Source of the DNA: Podarcis muralis | Taxonomy: Eukaryota | DNA length: 64,000 nucleotides | NCBI RefSeq assembly: GCF_964188315.1 | Contig: NC_135659.1 | Span: 65,782,001 to 65,846,000, forward strand | Direction of reading: 5' to 3' | In this document: positions 39,200 through 49,813 of the stretch, piece by piece | Numbering within the stretch: the stretch's first letter is position 1 | Layout of the letters: each line of letters starts with the position of its first letter | Made by a program: the position numbers and the translations under genes | The notes under the pieces: generated by a model | What the model saw: only the letters and a program-made list of their open reading frames with translations | What the model was told of the DNA's origin: nothing | Databases searched by the model: none

Positions 39200-39415
39200 C
39201 ATGAGAACATGAGAAGTCCCTACTGGATCAGACCAGTGGCCCATCTAGGCAGCGTCCTCGTCTCATGGTAACCAACCAGATGCCAGTGGGGAGCCTGAAA
39301 GCAGGACCTGAATGCAACAGAAACTTCCCCTTCTGTTGTTTCTAGAGACTGGTATTCAGAGCTATTGCTGCCTCTATCAGTGGAGTTAGAACAGTCATCA
39401 GGGTTAGTAGCCATG
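39200..39415 (-). mobile_element. L2-type/SINE 3' tail fragment
   Basis: CTGGATCAGACCAGTGGCCCATCTAG..., same family as 9243-9390. Confidence 0.55.
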
Positions 39416-39516
39416 GATGTTCTTCATCCACTGTCATTGGCCAAGGCAATTTCCCTGCCGAAACCAGGCCTGAAAACAGATTAAAAGGGGTGCAGGTAAT
39501 TAGAGGTAGTGCCACT

Positions 39517-39592
39517 GCCAGGTTATTATTGCCTAGGTTAGTATTGCCTAGGTTAGTTATTGCCAGGTTAGTATTGCCTAGGCAATACTAAC
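39517..39592. repeat. 14-16-bp tandem repeat ending in a 26-bp perfect palindrome
   Basis: About 5 units of GCC(T)AGGTTAGTATT; GTTAGTATTGCCTAGGCAATACTAAC at 39567-39592 equals its own reverse complement. Confidence 0.9.
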
Positions 39593-39639
39593 TACTGGCG
39601 CGTGCACACACACACACAAATGCTAACTTCAATTTATTT

Positions 39640-40790
39640 ATTTTTTTAAAGTATTGTAGGGGGAAAATGAAAGGGAAAAAAAGTTGAAACTTCTAACAAA
39701 ATTAAATTGCAAGATTAAGTAATGCAACAATCTTTGATTGTCCTTCTCAAATAAAAAAAGAAAATGTTTTAGGACACATGTTTTAGCGGTGTAAAGAGTC
39801 TTAAAAGTTTCCATTTCAGCCACATCAATTTTGTTACCAATTCCTTTAGGTCAGGTGCTTGGACGTGTTCAATTGATATAGTTGCCAAGCAATTATATTT
39901 TGCAACATTGTTGAGCAGATAAGTCTATATAGTTGCCAAGCAATTATATTTTGCAACATTGTTGAGCTTATGTAAGTTTTTGTAAATTAGAGCTTTGAGA
40001 AATTGCATTCAGCACTTTCCACTGGCACTGAAAGTGTGGGAAGGATCGTTAGAGCAACAGATACATTAGACAAATTATCCAGGAGTTTTTGTTGTAGTGT
40101 GAAAAGAAGTACACTTTGTGGCAACATGGACTTTGGAAGTCTTCAAGCTATAGCTATAAGTTCACAGCACAGATCTTCAGTATTAATATCTTGCTTCCAT
40201 TGTGCATCAATGATTTTTTCTAAATTATTGCTGTCCTTAAGTAGATCTTCAGGCAGTTTTTTTGTTGATACTGTATATATCATACAGGAAGCCAGATAGA
40301 GAATTATATTGTTGTAGCTGTTGGAAACTCTCTTCCACAGAACTGTATGGCCATATCTAAGACAGAAGAGTGGAAACCTGCTTTGAATTTCTTCTTTGGA
40401 GTTTGTGGTGCCTCTTCTAAGGCTTCATATTTCAGTTTCTTTCTCCTTTTCTAACTTGTTCTGTCTCTTTTGGTACTAGTATTTCTAGCTGCTTTGCAAT
40501 CTCAGTAGCACCTATCAGAACTTGCTGGAAAATTTTTCATCACACTTGCAGACCACAAGGTAACTATTGGTCATTTGCAACTGGTTTGTAGCTGAATTTA
40601 AACCATCTTCCTAATTTTGTAGTAGCTTGCAGTAAGATTGACTTCAAAAAGGATATCTTACCATGTAAGAAGGGATACCACAGACTCAAACTTACCAATT
40701 GCATCAGCAACGGCCTTAACTTCAATTTAGGAAGTATTTCCAGATAAACCTTTTAGGTGCGTGTCATCAAAAATCTCATCAAAAATATGG
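39640..40790 (-). pseudogene. Decayed hAT transposase, C-terminal half with dimerisation domain
   Basis: Minus frame NVSVALTILPTLSVPVESAECNFSKL*FTKTYISSTM matches the hATC motif; upstream AVADAIGKFESVVSLLTW*DILFEVNL; in-frame stops; 41-bp duplication at 39876-39916 / 39927-39967. Confidence 0.82.
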
Positions 40791-40942
40791 GGGGGCAGGT
40801 AAGCTCCACCCTGCATAATCGATTGCATGATGTAGCACACACACCCCATTTGAATGGCAATGCCCATTAACGGGGGTGGGACTCAAATATTTTATTGGGG
40901 GGGTGGCAAAGGGACCTTGGCCCCTAGGGCTTGGTTCCTATG
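40790..40942 (-). mobile_element. hAT-type terminal fragment next to the transposase relic
   Basis: Ends GGTTCCTATG (CATAGGAACC on the minus strand); partner TIR not found. Confidence 0.45.
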
Positions 40943-41012
40943 CCCAGTCCTGCTGCAACCCCTCCCCCCCACAGAATGCTACAGACTCTTTTGCTTGCTG
41001 AAGCGCTGGGAC

Positions 41013-41390
41013 CAAGGCCAGATTTAGGTTTGATGAGGCCCTAAGCTACTGAAGGTAATGGGGCCCTTTATACTGTATGTCCAGCTGTCCTTTGTCAACA
41101 ACAATTTGTCGCTTTTTTGGTGTTGAATATATGCTATATGGTACGAACAAATCAATGATATTTTAGGGAGCAGGCTAGCAGGCGGGGCCCATTACTTACA
41201 TCATAGGAGCCTACAGAACACAAAACACTGTTGCTGTATGTAGATTTTATTTTATTTGTTTTTTTATCTTATATTTTGGAAATGTACATCCTGGGTTTTT
41301 TCCCCCTTTGCTTTTTTTTTGGGGGGGGGGCGCCAAGAGAGTGGGGCCCTAAGCTACAGCTTGTTTAGTTTATATGTAAATCCAGCACTG
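41013..41390 (+). mobile_element. hAT-type MITE
   Basis: TIRs CAAGGCCAGATTT / AAATCCAGCACTG; TSD GCTGGGAC / GTTGGGAC. Confidence 0.87.
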
Positions 41391-41459
41391 GTTGGGACAG
41401 AAAAGCCTCCACTGCTGCATTTCTGCCAAGCAGCTCCGACTGAAGCTTTACCTGGAAGC

Positions 41460-41860
41460 ATTTTTGAATTTGGCGCCAGAGGGTCCGTCGCTAAGGTGGT
41501 TGCTAAGGACGCCCTGGGCTCTCAGAAAGACGTCGCTATTTCCTCCTTCCTGCATTCAGGCCAGGCTGGAGAAGGCACTCCTTGCGAATCGCTCTGGTAA
41601 GGGCTGCTTTCTCCGGGTCCTCCCCTCGCTGAGCCTTTTTGCATAAGGAAAGGGAGCTCCCTGTTTCTCTCTGCGTGTTTCCCACCCTTCCACCCAGGGG
41701 AGGGGGGAAAAAGGCTGCTTGTTTCTCTCTGTGTGTTTTTCCCTCCTCCACCCGGTGAAAAAGGCTGTTTGCTTTGTTTCACTCGGTCACTGATAAAGTC
41801 TTCCATCGGGAGCTTGCCTACTTCAGCGTTGTCTGCCTTCTGTGCGTTGCCTTGCATGTA
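41460..41860 (+). promoter_or_regulatory. CTTNBP2NL: Probable CTTNBP2NL promoter and non-coding first exon
   Basis: Local CpG enrichment outside recognisable repeats; TTTGAA-TTTGGCGC and two GTYGCTAAGG motifs; donor-like sites TG|GTAAGG (41597) and AT|GTAAGT (41858); upstream of the coding exon on the same strand. Confidence 0.5.
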
Positions 41861-44800
41861 AGTTTGGAGCTGCTGGCTTAGAAAAGCTTCCTTTGCGTTT
41901 AAGTTTGGAGCGGCAGGTTTGAAATGCTCTCTGTTTGTTTGGTTAGAGAGCACAGCTTTTGATTATTATTTTTTAAGACTACAGCTGCTCATTTTTTAAT
42001 TTTTTAAAAATGTTCTCTCTGTGTGTTTTGCATTTACGTTTGGAGATGCTGGTTATTTTTTTATTTTTTTAAAGGCTCTGTTTTTCATTCAGCTTTAGCT
42101 CCCCCTTAACGTTTGGCCTCGTCCACTTGGCCCTCAGAGCGATGGTAATAATCTGGCGCTCTGGCAGAAAAAGTTACCCTGCCCTTGTTTTAGAATATGA
42201 GGTACTAGGGAGAGGGGGATGCACTGAGCAAGTCCCAAAAGGGAAAGCGGGAACTGGGTGTAGGGCCCCTTCAGAGATCAGTCTGAACCTTCAAATGCAA
42301 CTGATGATCAATAAAAGTTAATGCAAAAAATAACTTGTACATTTGGCAAAAATTAGTGTTTGCTTGCACAGTTGTAACAGATCCTATCATGGGAAAACAC
42401 AATTACAACTATATAATGTGTGAAATGACCCTGCATGTCTGGGACTTGGTAGCTGTGTGTATGTGAGAGAGAGATTCTAAGGTTTGGTTGTCTTGAAATC
42501 CATATTTAATTTCCTAAATGAGAAGTGCTGCTGATCAAGATTTTACTGAGAATCCTCACAATCTCAGAAGTGTAAGGATGGTTGTGGTAGCTTGGTGATA
42601 CAGCATGAAGCACTTTGCACATGCACAAGCTGAGCAAGTTTTTAAAAGCGTGTTTGGAATGTGTATTTATTTGTTCTAGGTAATAAAATGAGTCTTTGGT
42701 GTGATAACAACAAAGAGGGGGGAATGAAAATTACTGGTGATTGTGGGGTACCGTGAGCACAAAGGTATGTTTTTGGCAGGAGCAGGTCAGATAAACCTTG
42801 TGGTCACAGACTTCTTTAGAGGATTGCTGTATGAAATGTTTGGTTTTGGGTTGTTTTAGATCTGCTTGAAAACAATTTGGTAAGTATCAGAAAAGAATTG
42901 AGGGTTTTTATTTCTTTTTAATGGGTGCCAGGATAGTGTTTGATAGGACGTCTTTCTGGAAACAGATCGAGACTAGGAAAAGCAAATGGCTGAAACAAAA
43001 ATAGAAAGTATTTATATTGACTGCTTAAATAAAGGGCTGCTTTGGACTATTGAAACATTTGCAGTACATGACAATTTGTTTACTGTATGTCAAACTTTAT
43101 TCATGACTCCATGAAGGATTCTGGCAATCACTTTATGTTTTGACATCCTCTCAGCTAATATTATAGTGATCTTACATGTCACCTGCAGTGGTATGTAGTT
43201 TTGTATGACATTAGAGAATATTGTAAAGCATTTCTTCCTAGAACGATTTTTTATTTATTTAGAAAACTCTTCTGAGTAATGAGATTACTAATTTAGTAAT
43301 TAAAAATTGACTTATTAGTATTTTCAAAAATCAATATTAATGTATGATATGGTTCCTCAAGGTTTGCCATCACTGTAACTTACTCTAGCCACTACCTCCA
43401 ATATCTCTGCTTCTTTTAAAGTTATTGCTCTTGCATGCCACTGCTATACTGAATCTGTGTTTGTTGAAGGTGTGTTTAGTGCCCATAACAGCACTGACAG
43501 CATAAGTTTGCAGGAATTCTAAAAGCAAACACACTGTTGTATAGGAAATTAGTTGTATGTTCTAGTTTTTTTCTAAAAATGAAGATGTTATATTTCTAAC
43601 AATTGCTAGCAGTAAATTCATTTGGATTGGCAGGAAACAAAGACTGAGGTTCTGATTTGGATATATTGAAGAATATGATTTTAAAACTTTTAATTCCTAT
43701 GCTCATGAACAGATGTGTATGTATTTCCTTTTGACTATAAAAATACAAATATGCTCCTGCAGATCTCTTTAACTGCCACCACCCAAAACTATTGCTATTA
43801 TGCATTTTGTAAATTTGATAATTTGTTATCCTCATCGCTTTGGCTATTGTGCCTTTAATATTAAGCAGAAATGTTGCAGCAACTATAGTTTGTTCACGTG
43901 CAACACTACACGCATGCCAGTGACTTCAATGGAGGAAATGGAAAGAAACCAGATGGCCATATGGCCATTCTAAATGTTTCAGGCAGCAAACAGTGATCTG
44001 GATTACACTCAGAATTATAATTCTCAAGATCCCATAATGCAACAGACTATTCCAGGACCCACTAGTGACATAGCTTTAATGGCTTTAATGTTATCTTAGG
44101 ACACCACTAGATAATCTTGTGTGTTCTTCACTTCCCCATGCCTTTTCCAGCTTTCATTGTTGCTGCTGTCTCCAGCTGGCTTACCTCAGGCAGACTAAAA
44201 TGGGGATTTCCACACTGAACACTGTCTGCCTCTTTTGGAAAAAAGTTGTGTCAGACTGAATTTTTTTCTTACAGTCCTTCTGACTGAGAAATCCAAGATG
44301 TAAAGTAAGGGTGGAGGGAGGTGTGGAGGAAAGTGAGAATGAAACAATTGTTCATGTGCATGGGAGGTAACTTTGCACAATTAATCAGAATGCATGGCTG
44401 CCTCCTGAAGGATGGCGTATGTCTTCCTGCTCGTGAAGTCCAAGTGGTCTGCCCTTGATTCAGTTCTGGGTTTCATGCCATGTCACGTAAAAGGTCCCCT
44501 TTTGCATTATTTTATTATAGATATAGAATGGTTGGGGGGACACTGAGCAGTCCATTTCCCACTCCTGGTAAAGGCTCTATTTGACTCATTTGCAAAAGCT
44601 GCCTTTCACTCATTTGCAACTACTAAGAGTATGTACCAGGATGAATGCGGAAAGCCCTTGAAAGGCTAGCTGGTATCTCAGAGTAAATGTTTAGCAGTTC
44701 CTGGATTAGGCAGAATGATATCCAGTTAGAATCTCCAGAATATGATATGACGTGAACTGAAAAAAGCTCTTTATTAGGGGGATGATTGTGAGAAACGAAT

Positions 44801-45127
44801 TGAAGCTACTGTCTTCAGTTTGGAGAATGGAAGAAGGTAAACCAGCAGTGGCTTTGTATGCTACAGTAGGTTTCGTGCAGCTTTCTATAAAAATGGCCAT
44901 TTAGCTATATGGTTTATGAAACAAGGATGCTGCCATTTATCTATATTTTACTCAGGGTATGTGCCTCTGATAATTTCAAGATGGCAACAAACTGTTAAAT
45001 CCCTGCTTCTGCCCATCATTTTATGCTGGATGAAGGCAAACAAGTTGAAACTTCCTCCAGTAAGACATAAGCTGTGCTCAAACATTTTATCTGGAGCTCT
45101 GACCCAACCACCTCAAGTGCGTGGACT

Positions 45128-45229
45128 CATCTTCATAGAATTGTAGAGTTGGAAGATACCCTGAGAATCATCTAGTTCACCCCCCCCCCCAATGCAGGAA
45201 TATGCAGCTTTCCCAAACAGGGATCGAAC
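45128..45229 (-). mobile_element. tRNA-headed, CR1-tailed SINE, 3' part (split by Copia)
   Basis: CATAGAATTGTAGAGTTGGAAG tail; joins 50204-50249 into one SINE once the Copia and one TSD copy are removed. Confidence 0.85.
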
Positions 45230-45614
45230 TGTTGAATGGTTTCTTTAAATGTAAAGGTTCATCATTGTTCCACTCGATGTGTATATCTTAAAGGGGCCAG
45301 AGCAAGGGCCAGAGCAAGATAATGAGACCCAACTTTAAAGCTGTGAAACATAGCAGGTGCTGCTGAGTTGTATTTGATTAAGGTGTGTCAGCATTTGGGT
45401 TTAGTATATAAGGAGCAGCACCTAGCTCTCCCATTACCCTGGGGTTTGGGTTGGTGGTTGGGTCTGGTTTGGTTGTTAATGTATTTAGTGTAAAAGGAGT
45501 TTTTGTTTTTCTTATTAAAACCTTGTTTAAGTTATTTTTGAGTCCTTTTCATTTTTAATGCATGATCTCCCCAGCAAGCTATCTGCAGCGCTACCATACT
45601 GCAAATAGTCAACA
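45230..45614 (+). repeat. Copia 5' LTR (385 bp)
   Basis: TGTTGA...TCAACA; TATATAA box and ATTAAA; differs from the 3' LTR only at 45323 (T) versus 49907 (C) by my comparison. Confidence 0.98.
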
Positions 45615-45619
45615 TCTTT

Positions 45620-45634
45620 GGTTATGGGCCCAGC
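45620..45634 (+). other. Primer-binding site complementary to the anticodon arm of initiator tRNA-Met
   Basis: GGTTATGGGCCCAGC is the reverse complement of GCTGGGCCCATAACC in tRNA-iMet. Confidence 0.92.
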
Positions 45635-45732
45635 TGCTGAGTGGATGACTGCATATTTTTGGACTCTGAGAAAGGTTTGAAAACTCCTTCTCCTGTTAGT
45701 GTAATTTTTTGTGGGTCTGGAAGAGTTCCAGA

Positions 45733-48700
45733 ATGGTTGACCGGGTTCCTGAAGCTGAGAAGGCTCTGGTCTTCCCACAGCTAACAGATGAGAACTATAG
45801 TTTATGGTCTTTTCGGGTGGAGGCGCTTTTGACCTCTAGAGAAGTATGGACCTATGTAACTGATGACCCTCCTAACCCTGTGACTAATGCTTGGTCGAAA
45901 GGAGATGCAAAAGCCAGGGCGATAATTAATTTGGCAGTCAGCGACCAGCAAGTAGTCTATATAAGAAATAAGAAAACTGCCAAAGAAATGTGGGACAGTC
46001 TTGCAGCAGTGCATGTTAGAAAAGAGTCAGCATCTGCATTGACGTTTTTCAAGCAGTTGTACCAGACGAAGTTGCAGCCTGGTGGTGATTTGGCAGCACA
46101 CTTGAGACGTCTGGAGGCAATACGCGGCGAATTAATTCGAAGGGACATGGTGATACCTGATATTCAGTATGTTTTTATCATCCTTTGTTCCCTTAATGAG
46201 GACTTTGATGGTATAGCTAGCCAGATATCTGCTGTTCCACCAGCACAATTAACTGTGGAAGGGGTAACGGCAAGATTAATGGGCGAGTTGGATAGAAGGG
46301 AGGCTTGTGCCATAAGCACTCCTATTTCCAGAAAGAATGAGGAACGCCATATGCAAACCTGTGGTGATACAACTGCATTTAAAGCTGCAAAGCGTTGTTG
46401 GTTCTGCAATAAGCAAGGACATTTTGCAAAGGACTGCAGAGCCAAAAGAAAGCAAAGTACTCCCAAGTCTGTTTCTGTTCGTCAGTCACGGTTGTCAGCC
46501 CAACAGCAGACATCGTATAGTAAAGACAGAAACGAGCCGCGAGCTTTTCATGCTTGGACTACAAATCGTAAAAGAATTAAAGATGCCAAGTGGAAGTCTT
46601 TTATTATAGACTCTGGAGCATCTCAGCACATCTGCAATGATCGAAGCTTGTTTATTTCTTTCGAAGAGGAAATTGGTAATGTACATTTAGCCAATTCACA
46701 AGTCTTGCAGTCGCTTGGCAGAGGTACTGTTAAACTTGACTCTTTAAACATTACAATAGCAAACTGCATTTACTGCCCGTCAGTGGACAATTTATTGTCA
46801 GTAAGGTGCTTTGCTCGTCAAGGCATAACTGTGCGTTTCTTAAAATCAATGTGTGAGTTTTTTGATGGGAACAAACGTTTATTGTATGCCCGGGACTCTG
46901 ATGGTTTATATAGACTGTATTTTCGCACCTACTCCCAATCGCCTATAAATTGCAGAGCAGCACAGTCAAGCCAGGGGTTGAGGAATGTAAGGCCTCATTC
47001 CGGGTGTGTCCATGAGGCGCACAGAATTCTGGGACACCTGAATTTTGCTGATGTAGTTAAGACAAAGAATATCGTTAATGGCCTCAACTTAAAACCATGT
47101 AAATTCTTTATGCAATGTCTATCCTGTTGCAAGAATAAGATTAAGGTTGCACGCAAGGGTAGGTGCTCAGATAGGAAAGTAACTGAACCATTTGAGCGTG
47201 TACATTGTGATTTAGTTGGGCCACTCCCACCATCATTAGGAGGTTCTAAGTACTGGCTTACTCTGATAGACCAGTATAGTAGATACTGTTGGACTTATGC
47301 AATAGCTGAGAAGTCCCAAGCATTTGAAAAGTATAAAGTTTTTTGCAACTGGGTAAAAATGCACTTTAACAAACCAATTAAGAACCTGTTTTCTGACCGG
47401 GGCGGGGAATTTGTTTCTGAGGATTTTGAGAAATTCCTGGAAGCGCAGGGGACTACTCATGAGTTATCTTGCCCCCGAAGTCCCTGGCAAAATGGGCTTG
47501 TTGAAGTTGTGCAGCGTGACCTACAGGCAGGGGTTAAAACGTATCTGCATGATGCTAATCTGCCCAAAGACTTTTGGGCTGAAGCACTTAATGCATTTTG
47601 TTACGTTAGAAATCGCAGTTATCATACTAGTTTAGATGTCACCCCCTATGAGAAACTGTTTAAAAAACGCCCTAATCTGAAATACCTCCGCATTTGGGGT
47701 TCAGATGTAATTATGCATTATCCTGCTAAGCAAAAATTGGGTGAACGTAGCGTCCAGGGAAAATTAATGGGCTACCAGCAGGGGGCGTACAGAATTTACA
47801 TACCAGCAACTGGCAAATTTCATATTACCAGAAGCATGATACAAACTGTAAATTGGAATGGAGTTGCTGTCTTCCAAGATACTGATGGTATAGATAATAC
47901 TGAGGAAGAAGAGGAAGAAACAGCAGAAGAAGCAGCAGGAAATAGTGCTTCTGAATTAATGGGAAAAGACAAAAAGCCTGTTGAGTCTGATAAATTGTTT
48001 GATGATTTAAAGTCACAGGCACCCGAGGGGAGGTTAGATTCTCTTGATTTTTCTGACCGAGAGCTTAGCCTACAGGCACCTCTTCAATCTGACAATGATT
48101 TACAACCTGAAACTAGTGGTTTACTTAGTCCCATTAAGTCTGAGAAGTCTGACTCTCCTTCTGGACTGAGACGTTCAGATAGAAAGAGACAGAAGCCACA
48201 ACGATTTGCAGATGAACATTTTAATACTGTGTATGCCAATAAGGTAGTTTTTGAGCCAAAAAGCTACAGTGATGTTCAGAAATTACCTAAGCAACAAGCT
48301 GCAAATTGGTATAAAGCTATGAACTCCGAGATAGCTTCTTTAAAAGAGCATAACACTTGGTCTCTTGTACCACAAACCCCAGATATGAGACTTATTGATT
48401 CGAAATGGGTTTATAGAGTTAAAACGAATGACAAAAATGAAGTTGTAAGGTACAAAGCAAGATTAGTTGCTAGGGGTTTTCAACAAATTCCAGGCGAAGA
48501 TTATGATTTGTGTTATTCACCAAGCGTAAAATATGAAACAGTTAAGCTTTTGTTAAAAGATGCATCACAGCGTGGACATTCCGTTTATCACCTAGATATA
48601 AAAACTGCATATTTGTTTGCAGATTTAAAAGAACAAATTTTTATGCGTGTTCCTGAAGGCATAGACGCCGCTGAAGGTTTGGTATGCAAATTAAACAAAT

Positions 48701-49797
48701 CCCTTTATGGTCTGCACCAAAGTGGAAGGAATTGGCACCAAACTTTAGCAAAAGAATTGCTGGATATTGGTTTTTCACAAGGAAAGGCAGACAATTGTGT
48801 GTTCATAAAGGAAAGGGCAAACTCTGTAACAAAAATATGTGTGTATGTAGATGACGTATTAATTTCTACAAAAACTAAACAGGAATATGAACAGGTGGTA
48901 TCACAGTTACAGAAGAAATTTGATGTAGTGGAATTAGGCATAGCTAAAAATTACTTATCCATGCAAATTGAGAAAGGCAAAAATGGATCTTTTCTGGTTC
49001 ATCAAACTGCAAAAATTGATGATCTTGTTGAAATGCTATGTTTAGAAAATGCAAATGGGAAGGAAACACCTATGGTGTGTGGTTTCACCTTTACAGGTGA
49101 AGACAAGCCATTTCCTAACAAAACTTTGTATCGTTCTGCTATAGGCAAGCTAAATTTCATTCAAAGAATCTCAAGACCAGATATAACTTATGCTTTTCAC
49201 TTTCTGGCAAAATTTGTGGAAAAGCCTACTACACAATGTTTCTCTGCTCTTAAGAGAGTGGTAATGTACCTTAAACATACCAAACATTATAGGTTGCAGT
49301 TTACAACATGTATTGACAAAGGTTTTGAAATTTTCTGCGATGCATCTCATGCAATGGAACAAAATAATTGCAGGGGTGTGTCTGGTATGGTGTTTTGTTA
49401 TAACGGTTGTCCATTTGAATGGAAGTCCCAAACACAAACCATTATTTGTCTCTCCACAACAGAAAGTGAATTATGTGCATGCGTTCAGGCCACTCGTGAT
49501 GTAGAATGGTATCTGCAAGTGTTTGCAGACCTACAGATGCAAGTAACACTACCAGTAAAAGTTTACCTTGATTCCCAGAGTGGACTTGCTATCCTGTGCT
49601 CAGAGACCAATACGCAGCGCACTAGAGTCTTAAGGTTACGTTTAGAATTTGTAAAGCAACTAATTGCTGATGAAATGGTTGTATTTGAATATGTTCCTGG
49701 TGACAGTCAAATTGCGGACATTTTTACAAAAGCACTTCCAAAGGTTACACATGAAAAACATGTACAAAGTATGCTTTATGTTTTTGTTCCACAATGA
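45733..49797 (+). CDS. Copia gag-pol polyprotein, 1354 aa
   Basis: ATG at 45733; CCHC knuckle CWFCNKQGHFAKDC, protease IIDSGAS, IN HHCC and D-D(35)E (HCD, SDRGGEF, NGLVE), RT YKARLVARGF and YVDD, RNase H FCDAS/STTESE/ADIFTK; no stops. Confidence 0.98.
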   Translation: MVDRVPEAEKALVFPQLTDENYSLWSFRVEALLTSREVWTYVTDDPPNPVTNAWSKGDAKARAIINLAVSDQQVVYIRNKKTAKEMWDSLAAVHVRKESASALTFFKQLYQTKLQPGGDLAAHLRRLEAIRGELIRRDMVIPDIQYVFIILCSLNEDFDGIASQISAVPPAQLTVEGVTARLMGELDRREACAISTPISRKNEERHMQTCGDTTAFKAAKRCWFCNKQGHFAKDCRAKRKQSTPKSVSVRQSRLSAQQQTSYSKDRNEPRAFHAWTTNRKRIKDAKWKSFIIDSGASQHICNDRSLFISFEEEIGNVHLANSQVLQSLGRGTVKLDSLNITIANCIYCPSVDNLLSVRCFARQGITVRFLKSMCEFFDGNKRLLYARDSDGLYRLYFRTYSQSPINCRAAQSSQGLRNVRPHSGCVHEAHRILGHLNFADVVKTKNIVNGLNLKPCKFFMQCLSCCKNKIKVARKGRCSDRKVTEPFERVHCDLVGPLPPSLGGSKYWLTLIDQYSRYCWTYAIAEKSQAFEKYKVFCNWVKMHFNKPIKNLFSDRGGEFVSEDFEKFLEAQGTTHELSCPRSPWQNGLVEVVQRDLQAGVKTYLHDANLPKDFWAEALNAFCYVRNRSYHTSLDVTPYEKLFKKRPNLKYLRIWGSDVIMHYPAKQKLGERSVQGKLMGYQQGAYRIYIPATGKFHITRSMIQTVNWNGVAVFQDTDGIDNTEEEEEETAEEAAGNSASELMGKDKKPVESDKLFDDLKSQAPEGRLDSLDFSDRELSLQAPLQSDNDLQPETSGLLSPIKSEKSDSPSGLRRSDRKRQKPQRFADEHFNTVYANKVVFEPKSYSDVQKLPKQQAANWYKAMNSEIASLKEHNTWSLVPQTPDMRLIDSKWVYRVKTNDKNEVVRYKARLVARGFQQIPGEDYDLCYSPSVKYETVKLLLKDASQRGHSVYHLDIKTAYLFADLKEQIFMRVPEGIDAAEGLVCKLNKSLYGLHQSGRNWHQTLAKELLDIGFSQGKADNCVFIKERANSVTKICVYVDDVLISTKTKQEYEQVVSQLQKKFDVVELGIAKNYLSMQIEKGKNGSFLVHQTAKIDDLVEMLCLENANGKETPMVCGFTFTGEDKPFPNKTLYRSAIGKLNFIQRISRPDITYAFHFLAKFVEKPTTQCFSALKRVVMYLKHTKHYRLQFTTCIDKGFEIFCDASHAMEQNNCRGVSGMVFCYNGCPFEWKSQTQTIICLSTTESELCACVQATRDVEWYLQVFADLQMQVTLPVKVYLDSQSGLAILCSETNTQRTRVLRLRLEFVKQLIADEMVVFEYVPGDSQIADIFTKALPKVTHEKHVQSMLYVFVPQ

Positions 49798-49805
49798 TGA
49801 ACCGC

Positions 49806-49813
49806 AGGGGAAA
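49806..49813 (+). other. Polypurine tract
   Basis: AGGGGAAA directly before the 3' LTR. Confidence 0.8.

Noticed and set aside
39517-39592. CRISPR-like array (also the 21353/21904 repeat)
   Set aside because: Vertebrate DNA, no repeat-spacer regularity and no cas genes.
44170-44190. Minus-strand splice donor GAG|GTAAGC suggesting an antisense exon
   Set aside because: Single motif with no supporting acceptor or ORF; expected by chance in 64 kb.
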